A DNA stretch of 64,000 bases from Ophelia neglecta (GCA_965285935.1 OZ260666.1:13144001-13208000), one strand, 5' to 3'. Shown: positions 1 through 13,008, counted from the first letter of the stretch. The notes: generated by a model from the letters alone, not told the origin. Numbers and translations are program-made.

Positions 1-589
1 ATCAACAGATTCTGCTCACAACTTGAAAGTTGCGTGTCACTTATAGGCAAGTAGCAAATTAGAAACTGTAAATAGTTTGAAAATCAAATTTCGAATTAAA
101 ACAGTGCATTTATTATAAAAAAAGAATTTGTATGAAAAAAATGTCAGGAGGACTGACTCGGCGAAAATTAGCTTTAAATCAGAAACTTATGGTGATGGAC
201 TCGTCGGATATACTACTGTTAATCAGAAACTTTAGAAATTTGCCAAAATTTCCTGTATTCTATCTCTTAACTTTCTATGGTGTGAGAGAGGGAGAGAGAA
301 AAGCTTTTGCTATTGACAATATGGAATTATAATTGACTATGGATTTGTTTATTATTAATACTTATGCTAGTAAGGCTGTGACTCGATGAGTCATTCAAGA
401 ATAATATATTAGTAATGATAAGTAGCATTTAGCATCGATTTAGTGATTTTGGGAAAAACTTCACATCTTGTCTTTCTATTATATTACTATTAGAATGATT
501 GGTGATTTTATTTTCCTACTTTTGAATGAGAGTTACAAATCATTTAAATTTGTACAAATATTAAATCGCAACCAATACGGTGCAAACCA

Positions 590-800
590 AATAGAGTCAT
601 AGTCAGAGTCATAGTCATAGCGTTTATTCAACAAAAAATATACCATGAAAATATATACAAATGAAATGGACAATAAAAGTACAATGTAAGTAAACTACAT
701 ATAAACATAATGAAACATTGTGTGTGTCCAAATGAATTAAAATATAGGTCAGGGAGACTCTCATTAAGTCTTAATAAGACGCTAGCATGAGAACCACCTT
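590..800 (-). mobile_element. 3' end of a non-LTR retroelement (hairpin, AATAAA, hexamer-repeat tail)
   Basis: On the minus strand: hairpin ctcatgctagcgtcttattaagacttaatgagag, later AATAAA directly followed by a (TGACTA/TGACTC)n tail. Confidence 0.5.
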
Positions 801-1278
801 ATGACATATAGCTTTTCATTAATTTGCATATATGAAAGATTGAAGATGAATCATGGCTTTTATATGGGTTTGCACATATCTGTCCATTGATAGCATCACC
901 CAACCGCGCTGATATAATAATAGGGCAAGGAAAAAGACAGTGACAGCGCCTTAACTAATTTAATATAAACAAGCGTATGTTTCACAAGACGTAAATAAGC
1001 TTCCCGTCAGTATGACGAGATAACGGTAGAAATGACACATTAGTGTTAAGATTTTAAGAGCTGGTTTGGAAGGAATTCCCATAAAAATATATATTTTTTG
1101 AATAAATAATTTTTTTTGATTGTGCAATGTATGTAATTTCATAAGTTTCATTCTTGATCATCTTTTGAAAACTGATTAGTAATATCCTAAATAATCTTTA
1201 ATACTCATATTCGCAATTAATTTTTCGGGGAATGATATCTTAATGTTTGTATATCTACTTCAACGCAAGTATAAGTTT

Positions 1279-2064
1279 TTACTTGTTAGGATCCAATTCT
1301 GTCATACTATTCTTATTCGCATTTTGTAGAACATCGACCATATCTTGGTTTCCTTGAAAACGGGCTACGACAAGTCCCGTACAGCCACGGAGCGCCTTTT
1401 TGGAGACGTCAAACCCCCTTTCAATAAGATATTTTACAACTACTACGTTGTTGGTCATCAACGCCGATTCGAAAGCCTCGGTTTCCTTATACATTTCATT
1501 TGGTTTGTACGGCTCTTGCGATGCCAGGTGTTCGGCGATATCAAGTCTCCCAAACAACGGGGTTCGGCCTTCTAAGTCCTCGATGTTTACATCAGCACCT
1601 TTCTCAATCAAATGATCTATAACTCGTATATGTTTATTTCCACAAGCCATATGCAGTGCCGTTTGCTTATTTTTGCTCAAACAATCAACTTTAACGGCTG
1701 GCTGAGAACACAGCAAGATGACAATTTCTAAGTGCCCTTTCTCAGCAGCAATATGTAGGGGGTTCAATCCATCTTTGCCAGACAGATTTACGTCGGCGCC
1801 ATTTTCCAACAAACATTTAACGACGTCAATAAATTCATTGGCGGAGGCTGACACGAGGGGGGTGAATCCGAGCTTACTCCTGGCGTTAACATTTGCTCCA
1901 GCCTTAACTTCCGACCGAACTTTTGTATAAGTGCCTGCCATCACAGCTAAGTGCAGTTGGAGCTCAGGTATTTTGGCGCCCTGAAATTCACTGAGTTCTG
2001 TATCTTGATTTCCGTTATCAATTATTTCGTCGCATTGAGACGCGAGCCCAGAGCACTCCCCTTC
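1279..2064 (-). CDS. Gene A exon 5, cytoplasmic ankyrin-repeat domain (~7 repeats, intronless)
   Basis: Acceptor tttttcag|GAA, phase 0. Ankyrin motifs: GFTPLVSA..VVKCLLENGADVN, GLNPLHIAAEKGHLEIVILL, KQTALHMACGNKHIRVIDHLIEKGADVN, GRTPLF, VVKYLIERGFDV. Confidence 0.92.
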   Translation of the reverse strand, partial: EGECSGLASQCDEIIDNGNQDTELSEFQGAKIPELQLHLAVMAGTYTKVRSEVKAGANVNARSKLGFTPLVSASANEFIDVVKCLLENGADVNLSGKDGLNPLHIAAEKGHLEIVILLCSQPAVKVDCLSKNKQTALHMACGNKHIRVIDHLIEKGADVNIEDLEGRTPLFGRLDIAEHLASQEPYKPNEMYKETEAFESALMTNNVVVVKYLIERGFDVSKKALRGCTGLVVARFQGNQDMVDVLQNANKNSMTELDPNK

Positions 2065-5000
2065 CTGAAAAATATACACAGTTAAGGAAAGGTATAAAAT
2101 TAATTCAGTATTTTTTAGAATAAAAAAGAGTTGGATATAAGAATACAGGAAAAAAATATGCATGCAAATCAAACTCATCTGATAAGACATGAATTGGGAG
2201 TTTGATTAGTATTTTAGTCTAAATTGACGCGTTAAACCGATCGTTGGACCTTTAACAACCTTATCAGGCAAACGAGTGTGTTTGTGCCCTACTTCGAAAT
2301 CAGACCAGTGGACAAGTTAGCAAATATAATTCTAGTAAAGTAAGTAACAGTTAATATATTTGTCAACAGGCTGGATTGAATGCAAGGGAGCTTGAAATAT
2401 ACTTTATGAAGGGGCATGTATCCTCGGCCAATTCGGAGAGGATACTTATTGGTGTTCACAGGACTGCCATTGGGGATATTAAACCAAATCTCGAATTCTA
2501 AATTTACTGATAACGCGAATATAAATGTGATTCAATATTTCATTAAACACCAACCTTCGTTCGTTGCAGAATTTTGGTCCCTAGAGGATAATTCCATTTA
2601 TGAAGCATTACAACACAAAAGCTATGTTAATCTGCACTATTATATATAACTGTAATTGTATCATAATCGTAAACCAAACAATAGCTAGGCAACGGTAATA
2701 TCAGGCAGAAAACAGGAAACTCCTTTATATAGTACATACCATGAAAGAACATTTCTTTACTGTCATTAGCAATCTCGAACATATCTAGGATTTTTTCAAC
2801 ATATCTAGGACGACACATTTTTTAGCAAGCGACTCAAAGTGTGTTTTCTGTAAATTTTCGTCAATATTGTACCCTTAAGTTTCAAAATTTGATTCAATCT
2901 ACAGAAATTCAAATATTTAAGCCTCCTATGAAATGAAAACGGATTTTTCTTTCTTTCCCGGAGGCGACATGAATTCCATACCTCTAGATACTGTAGGTGC
3001 CATAGAATGCATTTTTAGTAAAACATAGTAAATTGATATATTTTGACCAAATTTAATACATAACTATTTTAATTTTCAAAATCCAAACATGAGTGCAATT
3101 ACGTGTAAATGAATATGAAAGACTAAGCTAATACCAAAAGTGTGTACTTGTCAACGTTATTAGTCACGCACACGGAAGTTGAATTACCTTTACTTGATGC
3201 TTTCTTTTGCGTTGCAACCTGCACACTACCAACAGGACGGCAGCTACTATCAAAAAAAGCAATGCGATCACAGCGACAATAACGGCGACAAGTTGAAATA
3301 GATTTCCACTTTCCTGAGAAAGGGGTATATAAGTTGTAGTTGACGGATCTCCTAGAGGGATGCTTGCTGTCGTTTTATCTAAATGATTTTCAGCTGATGG
3401 ATCTGGAATACAGAGTGAGGCATTGAGCGTTAAAAAGCTCGGTGTCAAGTATTTTAAGAAACACATAAACCCAATAGAGAATAATGGTTTTAATATTAAT
3501 TTTGGGGTTATTAGTGCGAAAAGCAACAACATACCTTTGACTTCCACGTAGAAGTGTGTTAGACTGGGATTCAATCCAATGAACGATAGTTTCGTTACAA
3601 GTTGTGTATCGCCCACTTCCGGAAATGCGAGTTCTGCTTCGCACTGCAGTTCTTTGTCAGGTACAATTCTACAGTCGTAATGGTCCAAGTCTGCGGATAT
3701 GATACATTGGACGCGAGGCTCAGCTTTAGGTATAACTACAACCAAGGTAAGGTTTCCTGGCTTTTCGAGCTGCAGATGCTTGTTATTATATACAAGCTCG
3801 ATCGTGGGCTCGCCTAGCTTTTCTGTTAGGTACAAAAACGGATAGTAATACTTATGTCGGTCTGGACAAGCTGAAATAAAGAAAATAATAAATTTAATTA
3901 GAGGCAAATGATGTTTAGAGGTTGGTATTCCGTCTTTTGTGTTTCCTTGGAAACAACCTTAAACGTATTACATTAGTCAACCTAATTGATTTAAAATAAA
4001 TGGAAATTGAAATCAACCTGACCATGGCTGAATAAATATTTAACCTTTTGCGCGAGGTTTCAATAAACTGGGCCCAAATATATCCACAAGATGGGTTAAT
4101 GGCGTTGTACATTGAACATGTGATCCATCATGGCCACTTATTTAGGGCTAACAGGCGTTAATACTTCATTGGTATTCATAAAAGACTGTTTGGTCTACGT
4201 AAATGTCATGTTACATCGTTACATCGCGAAATGTTCTAAACACTAGAGTATTAAAACAATGATTAACAGCAGTTCACGCGTCTAGAATACATACACACAA
4301 ACCCGTTTGCCATGGAAAACGCTACTTTGATTCGGTTTTGTCCAGGAGTTGCGTTTATTAACATCATCGCCTTTAGGCTTTAGGTTAAAAATATAAATTA
4401 TCCTCATTTCAAAACTCCCAAGGTTTACTCGAAAAGTTTATAATTATGAAAAAGATTAACACTGGGTGGTCTACTTTAATTAAACTCGTTTACGAAGTTT
4501 TAGTTTACTTATAATACTGACGTAACCTAGCGCTGTAGAACTAAATCGGTTGTTGTTGATGCTTATTTGCATATTACTTATGTCAGATAATGTGCATTCG
4601 GTAAAATTTACCTGTTGATTTTATGACCTTCAGTTCGGCGGCATCGATTAAAGCGAGTTTTTCTCCTTTTATATATATCTCTATGTCATATTGCCCGCTA
4701 TCAGACAACACAGTTTTTTCTATTGAGAATCCAATATAGGTAACATTATCAATCAGAGAGACATTGTTAGTATAGTAACTAGCATTCTCAATAGCACTAT
4801 TATTGATTAGCATCTGATACTGGGGTAGCGATTTTACGAGTCGTATGTAGTCAACCATGCCCAGACTGCGGTTGTAGTTCCACAAGAAGCGGGCGTTTTC
4901 CCCATCACAGACGTACAGTTTATCCGGGCGTTGCAGCCAGTCTGAAAGAGAAACCGCTATTTAGGTTATTTCCCAATAATATTGGTGTGTGTGTTGTTGA

Positions 5001-5557
5001 CAGTGGTCACACTATAAACTTGAAAAAAAAGGGCCGAAATATAAAATATATAAACACATACTTATTGAGTTACAGAACATATGATGAATGTATTAAAATT
5101 GAAAAAAAAACACCTTGACAGCAATAGAAAACTAAAAAATAAAAGATGTTCGCAAAAACAAAACATTGTGGATATATGGTAATTTAATACTTTCATAATA
5201 AGTACTAAAACATTCCATATCTGCCCAATAAATTTTCCCTACTCTCCTCCTTGTTTTCATATGTTAATTATCCAATAGATCAACAGTGTGTGTGTGTGTA
5301 TGTTAAGTATGGTTTATAAGTGATAGATACTTGCATTCGGAAAATTTCCCGTGCCGTTATACGCATGATTAGTATGTGCTGTATTGCGCCGGCTGCCGGA
5401 TAAAATATGACATATAATTGACAAAAAAACATCTCACTTATTAGTATACGTGGCTTGTGATTTAAATTTAAAAATATTTACCCCCTGTGGCGGTTGCAAT
5501 TGGCTCAAAGAGTAGGGAGTTCATTGCTAAAACCGATAGTGCTGTAACCAACGTCAT
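1279..5557 (-). CDS. Gene A: type I IgSF membrane receptor with cytoplasmic ankyrin repeats (5 coding exons, ~580 aa)
   Basis: Exons 5557-5482, 4941-4612, 3870-3535, 3402-3188 and 2064-1279. All introns are GT-AG with phases 1,1,1,0. The total is 1743 nt, in frame, ending in TAA. Order: signal peptide, V-like Ig, second beta domain, Ser/Thr stalk, TM (LVAVIVAVIALLFLIVAAVLLVVC) followed by basic RLQRKRK, then ankyrin repeats. Exons 2-4 are matched by paralog gene B. Confidence 0.85.
3188..3402 (-). CDS. Gene A exon 4, stalk + transmembrane helix
   Basis: Acceptor tattccag, donor AAG|gtaatt (phase 0). Thr/Ser/Pro stalk, ~24-aa hydrophobic run, basic stop-transfer residues. Confidence 0.9.
3535..3870 (-). 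CDS. Gene A exon 3, second extracellular beta-rich (Ig-like?) domain
   Basis: Acceptor tatttcag, donor AAG|gtatgt, 336 nt. ACPDRHKYYYPFLY...; 49/112 identical without gaps to gene B exon 3 (hand count). Confidence 0.9.
4612..4941 (-). CDS. Gene A exon 2, atypical V-set-like Ig domain
   Basis: Acceptor ctctttcag, donor CAG|gtaaat, 330 nt, phase 1-1. DWLQRPDKLYVCDGENARFLWNY...GFSIEKTVLSDSGQYDIEI...AELKVI has the DxGxY tyrosine corner but no B- or F-strand Cys. Confidence 0.9.
5482..5557 (-). CDS. Gene A exon 1, signal peptide
   Basis: MTLVTALSVLAMNSLLFEPIATATG, then phase-1 donor GGG|gtaaat. Confidence 0.7.
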
Positions 5558-7995
5558 ATTGATATCCCTTCTTTCTGTATGTCGTTCTTTCCGATCAGAA
5601 ATAAGGTTGATGTTTTTCTTTTTTCTGGAAGGCGTAAAATGTAAACTTTTATGGTCTATTAAATTGCCTATAGTAAAAAGTAATCTCATATTGAAAATTG
5701 AAATTAATTTTCTTAGAAGATTTACATTGTTGGAACCCACGTTCATACTTTTAATACGACTCCATTATAAACCTACTAGCAGTAATGCATTTAGAACCTG
5801 CAGCTTACGTGGATGATAAGAGAAACTAATTTAAAATCTTGCTTCAACATGTTCAATATAGGGTAATTTGCATTCAGTAAATAGAACAACTTTATTGAAA
5901 ATATATACCTTACCATTTCACTTTCAACCTAAAACGAATCTCCTAGTGGCAGAAGTCATAAAACGTACGGCATGGTTAAACACAGTGTACATTATATGAT
6001 AGTCCAAATCGAATTATTTGTAACGTTCCCGACATTTGTTTAACTGTGATTGTTGATCGGGCTAACACGGTGTGCCCAAATGCTAGGTAATAGTACAGGT
6101 AAAGTTGGAGAGATATTAACGCACATACTTACTTAGAAGTGGTTCAATGTTCACTGATAAGCTTATCATTCACATTGTCACTACATGATAATCCGTGCAC
6201 TTGAGTTTAACAAACACAAACATCCATCATATGAATAGGCAAGCAAACACTCCTCATTTTAATGCCTACTTTTCAATGCCCTTATAGAAATGGGTATAAT
6301 ATAAAACATATAATAAAAAATATTCTCTACCTGAAGCACATAGGGGTGAAGAAATGAATAATAAAGGAAAATGTCTTCCGAGTGATTTGCCGCTGATGAT
6401 TTTAAAGGCCCCATTTTTATGGATTTTTTTTTCAGCTTTTATTATAATGTCAATCATAGTCCCAACACTTTGTTCAGTATTGTGCAACAATAATAAATGG
6501 TATCTTTAACGTTCAGTTTCAATTTGTTTACCTAAAGCCAAAAGTGTTTTGAAGCTTTCTTCTACATTGTAGAATTTCAGTTTATCGAAATGCCATCCTG
6601 TTATGAACTCGTTACACAGGTCAGCAACGGTAATCATATACACCAAGGCAAACATATCTGCGCCGTTTAATCATTACTCAAACTTTGGATGTCATGTGAA
6701 AAACGCCAGTTTACATCGAACAAGGCAGAATATATCATATTATTTTTCCTTGATCTTAGGCGGCCATATACAGTGGCAGACAGCCATTTGTGATGGGCAT
6801 GAAGTATGAACTCAAACATTCCGAAACATATCGATGGCTTTTGCCAATTCTGAAATTAAGTTCTGCCCTTATTTTGACTGATGTTGCCTGTTTGTCTCAA
6901 CGTTCGACTATTACACGCATAGGTTTCGCTAAAAAAGCATTTGGCACAAAAATGTATATTCTTTTTATCCCTCCAGACGGCAATTGTGCTGTTTTGTCTT
7001 TTCGTTATATGAACATAATTATCTATACTGGGTCGCTGAGGATCCCATGTTTCCCGAGCTCCGCCTCTGCTGTTAAAGTTCAATCACATACTTTGGGTGA
7101 CAGGTGTTCTGTTAATCAATACTTTTGACGAATAAGACCGTGGTTATCTAAAGCGCTGTTCCCAAACCCTGTTTTTCCCCGCCCTAGCAGGTTTGAGATT
7201 GCATTTCGGGCACCATATCACTGAGATGACCTCAGAGTCATTGGCTAGCAGGCTGTCGACTATTCTGAAAAAAGAAACTTGTTGCATCCCAACTAGATAC
7301 CCTCTCCCTGGGCATGCATTTACCCCCAAGCCAGATTGCGCTTGGCAGGGATTTCATCTGATTTTTTTCTAGAGTTCAGTCATGGCTTATTGTTTTCAAA
7401 GATGTTTGGGAATTAAATTTTGTTTCACATATATAATTGATAATCAAGGTTGATGAGAAATATGGAATCCTTCATATAATTCCGAGCTACACGAGTGATT
7501 TCAGACATGTCAGGCGGATGGCGGCAGGCGGCAAACACATGATCTATTATCCTGAGAAGCCAGTTTCCGGCTTCAAGTCCACGAAAAAATCTTTTTAGGC
7601 AGAAATTGGCAAGGAGCACTTCTGATAATATTATGATTATAGGTCAAGCTGGTGTGATGAATGTCATTACTTTTAAACGAACTGCATAATGATTAAAACG
7701 TTTGTATACACTAATATAGAAGAGGAAAATAACTCATTGATTAACATGTGGTTAAATATAAATTAATAAGACAGTGGCTATTAGTAAACACGAAACGTAT
7801 TGTTGACAGCATAATAAATACAAAGCTTTCTGTGAAAAACACATGACCAAATGAGATGCGAAGCAGAATGAAGAAGTTGATCATGACTAAAAGGGCTGTT
7901 CTGAATCGGCAGACGCGCGAACGGCGAACGCGGACCTTCAAAATTTGTAGCATTACGGCATGAACTCTGGCGCCGTCAGGAGACTGATCCGACTG

Positions 7996-8560
7996 GTGTT
8001 AACTCGCGCGGGCCACAACTCGCGCGGGTGCCAAGTCGCTCGAGGTTATTTTCACAGTTATTGTGTTTGGATGGTTTACTACATTGCCGTGGAGTGTCAC
8101 ACTACGTATGCAACACCAAACATGGCGGGACACGTTGTTTTGGTCGTGGAGAGCGTAAAAACTAACTTGTGGTCATTTTACCGCCACATAGATCGCGAGA
8201 ATTTGTAATAAAATATATATAATACAGCTCATTCCCATGTCACAGTGCTTTCTAAACTCAGATAATAGAAATTGAATATGTAAGGCGACTACGGATGGCA
8301 CTCGAAGGCGACTTCGCTAGTCACCATAGGGCTTCGTCGGCAAACAGGACGACTTGGATAAAGTGTGACTAGGTTTAGGGTCGAGCAATGGTTTCTATTT
8401 ATTTATTTCATATTTACAAATCATAATAGTAGTTATGGATGTCTTGTCAACACGTCAAACATACTAAACTATATTAAAACAAGCACGCGCGAGTTGCCTG
8501 CCGGGCAAGTTGGCATATAACGTCGTGCGAGTTGGCACCCGTGCGAGTTGACCCGGGATC
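7996..8560. mobile_element. MITE with reiterated subterminal inverted repeats
   Basis: Left aactcgcgcgggtgccaagtcgc (~8017-8039) is the imperfect reverse complement of right gcgagttggcacccgtgcgagtt (~8527-8549). The motif is repeated at each end. Confidence 0.65.
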
Positions 8561-11500
8561 CGACATAGTAAAAGGGTCACGAAATATATATAGACCTTTC
8601 AATATTTGGTTAGAATTCTGTAGCAGACTCTAGCTTTTTACTTCATCGAAATGTCTAGATTTTGACAATTTAAACATGGGGGACTTGTAATCTCTGGCAT
8701 TGACAACTAATATAGGAGGCCTATCATGTTATGACAGAGGGGACTGCCACGAAATTATCAAGCAATCACTGACTGGCAATTAATCACATTAATGGAGGGG
8801 GGGGGAGTACCAGTCGCTAATACCAGCAGGGATGGGCTAGTGATTTGATGGATGGGGGGTGGGGGTCAAGAAGACTTTCCCCCTAAAATCCTTCTTGTAT
8901 CAAATCACTAATTAACCCCCTAAATGATGATTGATGAAGCTGCATTATTAGGCATGCGATTCCCACTAAAAATAATCGGACCACTATGGGATTGCATATT
9001 TCATATATATCTGATGGTGTCACATTTCTCCTTCCCCAAATACAGTTGATTAATGTTAATAATTTCGTAACCCCCAATCAGAACAGGTGGTGCCACCAAG
9101 TATTGGATGGACCCCCTCAGGGCCCTCACCTCCGATGATTTGTCACCCATAATTATTATAAACCCTTAATTATATAACTTTTGTGGGTCGCCTTTGGATA
9201 GAAATTTTAATCTCTTAAACACTACCGACTCAGGCCTAGCTGCCACAAATAGAAACATATATATAGTGCGGTCGAAATGACCGATTTTGTCCGTGACCGA
9301 TTTGGGTAATCCCGCTTTGGTTGTGCCGGTGGTTATCGATTACGGAAATAATGCTGCAAAGCTTTTAACAAATTATTTCGAGGCCTGCGTTTAGTTGACA
9401 TGAAAGGTGTGATTGTTTCAACTTCCAGACTTATCCAGCTGTGCAGGATGTGAGCGATTCGCTGTAGCAGTTACCACAGGCCATTACCATAATGCTACAA
9501 ATTTTGGAGGTCCGCGTTCGCCGTTCGCGCGTCTGCCGATTCAGAACAGCCGACTAAAAGAAGAAACATGCATTTTAGTACTCATACATCACACATTGAA
9601 ACGATAAAAAATACACAGCCAATTGCTGGTAAAATAAATAATAAGCTATGAGTTAAAATTGACCTGTTGAAAATGGTGGTACCGATATATCGGTAACTTC
9701 AACAAGTTGCCATTCGGTTATAGATACGGTACTTTTTAGTTCTTCCTAAACACTTCGTGTTTTTTAGATTTGAAAAAACCATTATGTAGCAATATCTCTA
9801 AAACTAGCTATTTCACAATATTGTCTGAATAATAGAGGGCCTAACATATATCCTAATCGAGTTGCAGATGTCAATACAGCATGACTTAATAAAGTCTTGA
9901 GTGTGGAACCAAATCAATTCTTTTGCGGTGAAATGGGGATTAAAGAAAATAAAATTATTTGAGCAAAATATAATCTCCATATACTAGAAGCACTCTCCAA
10001 TGAAACCGTTTATTGAATTTGTTTTAAAATCTTGAGGGAGTGAGGAGGAACGTCCCGTTAAGGCAAAGTACCAAAAGTGAATTCATATCGTACCTGGGAT
10101 TGATATAACTGCGCCTACAGCTTCCAGCTTCAGAAAGACTAGACAGAATTTATAAGAACATCCTGATTAATGACTGTGCATTGTCTGCAGGGTTTTAAAC
10201 ACATTGCGTGACCTGGCTTCTCCGTACATCTCCGAATGAGTTGAAGTTCACAGATTTTAACGTTCATGTAGGGGTGAGCCCGGGCATCTTCAAAATGTTA
10301 CATGGTGACCCACACTTCTCAATATATGGATCCAAACTATTTACCGAATTGTCAAATGTACGGGTTTATAGACTTTTCCAGACAGCCTCGTGCAGAAGAC
10401 TACATTTTACCACCTGCTTATCGGACACCTTCATGGCCCCCCTGAGCTGTCTGCGGAGCATATAGCGCTCCCTATGAGACCTTAATCTTTCGGGTGATTC
10501 ACATTCTACAACAGCAAAGTTATTTGTCCTTACAGGTATCCAATTTGCTCCTTGGTAAGGTGAATCAATCAAAGAACATTGCTCAAAGAGCTAAATGGAT
10601 TCAAACTCAAACGACCTGACCATAATAAAACCATCATGTAGGCAATTTAATACCTCATTCTGCTCTCCCACGCAGTGGTATATCTACCGAGTTTGTTTAC
10701 ACGTTAACTCTAGACACAATTTTCAGCTCGCTTACAATAACTGATAGAAATATATTTGTAACCTACTATAATGTCTGATTTATGATACGGTTTTATTCTA
10801 GGCAACAGAGGTTTTACGTAGAGCATTACATGTAAAATTGACTTTACAAATCTGTAGCCGTCGGCGTTTTCTTTGTTTGTTTTTGTCATTCATAAATGAA
10901 ATACATGTAAATTATTACTACAGGGATGCATTTCGCTAACGAACTTCGTGACAGGGTGATAACCCCATCTTCATTTCGAGATAATCGTTCATGATCTAGC
11001 CTTTACCAAATCAAGTTTAACACTATCCGGGAGTAGCCAAAAGTCCGGCTGAGCATTGAACACCTGCGGGATCGCTCCCTAGATAATCCTTCATAGAATA
11101 TAGCCATTACCCGGTTCCGCCCTTTATCGCTTCCTTCTACTGGATGATGTTGCTTGGCCCTTACGTCAATTAGGCCTATAACACGCCTACCCTTGGGTGG
11201 GACGAAATGAACCAAAAAATTCCCGTTACTCATGTGATCCAAACTCTCTTTCTCTCCCAGTCTCGTTTCAAATACTTAAATCTGAACATATTATCCAACT
11301 GTGCAACAGAGGACTGTGTATGCGTCCAATGAATGCAAATATTTTACTATTAATTAGAATTATATATATATATATATATATAACCGAACAGACAAAAATA
11401 GACAGAAAGATAGAGATTGTGAAATTGAACCTGATATAATTTGATGATCTTTCTGAGGAATTTACATCAAGACTAAGGAACTTACAAGAAATTACCGTTG

Positions 11501-13008
11501 TTTGAAACAGGGGAAAAAGTAGGAAATATTTTGTCGGCGTAGAAAAAAAGGAACACACTGTGCAGAAAATACAAGGCGGTAACTTTTTGAAGAGATATAT
11601 TGGAAACAGGAAACTTTTTCTTTGGACAACTTTAATCCTCACAGTCAAATAAATAGGAACACGATATAATTCATTCATATTATTTGGTGTGACTGAGAAG
11701 CTGAATAGGGTCAGTCGGGGATGATGTAATAATTCTAGTACAGCCTGCTAGCAAGGAGGTGAAACCACTGCATACCAATAGTCTACACTTGAATGTGGGG
11801 CTAGACTACAGATTTGCAGCGGTTCCATGTTCATTGCGAAAGCTGTAGCTATCACACAAATGTGAAATTTCCCTGAATGGAAAGCCCTCTAAAATGTTAA
11901 TCATCCCTGTAACTTTTGTTTTGATTACTTCTACAAGCACTAAGTAAGGGCTTTAAAAACATCATTCCCATGTTAAATTCCCATATGAACAGCTGAAAGT
12001 AGCCCCACTAATCCCAGCCTTACCACTGCCTTTTAATTGCAATCAGCTTTGGAGGTGAGAAAAGTGGTTGTTGGTCAGCAGTATGAAACATATCCGACTG
12101 GCCCTATTGTTTGGTACAGACAATAAGATACATGTCTATACTGATATTAATACTATAGATTATGCTTTCACCAGACTAAATATTTTTTAATAGATACAAT
12201 ACACTCCAACGAATCACATCCACGGATCAGAACATAAAGCCAATTAAGCCCAGTGTGTACACATGTAAATAAACTTAATTCTCATAATGTAACTTTTTCA
12301 ATTAAGATGTTTTACAATCCCGCAAAGTCATATGTGGAACGAAAGTTCGTTTTAAAACATATGTCCTGATTTTAATTTGGTTGTCATCCACATTGTATAT
12401 CTAAGACACATTTGCCTTTTAAGTGTTAGAAAGAAAAAGTTTACTATTTAACATTGCAATACAAAACAAATAAAACAAGGATTTTTCTTTCTTGGCTATA
12501 GCAGTAAGTACAGCAAAAGTCAGCAAGCAATACAGTCAATCAAACAATGCAGTAGCCGGGAAACCAACAAACATCTGTTCTGTGACCTTTATTGGCAGTT
12601 CAATATTATTATGCATAATGGAATCAATGTTAGTAGAAGAGGCAAACATTTAACAACAACAGGCATTCACATGACATCCCTACAGACGCCGTTATGATTA
12701 TTATGGTTAGGAACATACTATTACATAAGCCATTATACCTAAAGGTTTCGAAGTTAATTATCTTTAGCTTGAACCAATTATAATGGCTTAAGATGTGGTT
12801 TTTTAGCGAAGCATTTTGGTACGCTCGAAAATATTGTTTATGAGGCTGCAGCTGGTGGTTCCTGATTGACGAGTATCCACTGATGTTTTTTCATCATTGC
12901 CCGACGGCAGACTTCCTTTTGCTATATTTTATAAATATTCACTCATCGTTTATGTAATTAACGCGATTGATCATTTAAATTTAAGATCATCCTAATATCT
13001 TATTTCAG

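Noticed and set aside
2065-2190. Hydrophobic N-terminal 42 aa of the 303-aa ankyrin ORF, suggesting a stand-alone membrane or secreted ankyrin protein
   Set aside because: It is AT-rich intron sequence ending in the acceptor tttttcag. The exon starts at 2064.
6500-7130. Possible transposase remnant (IAVWRDKKNIHF resembles piggyBac WxDKK; other parts faintly helicase-like)
   Set aside because: There is only one short motif and no termini, so it cannot be classified without an HMM search.
10040-10620. Coding-like composition on the minus strand
   Set aside because: All frames are interrupted and no domain is recognisable; probably decayed TE sequence.
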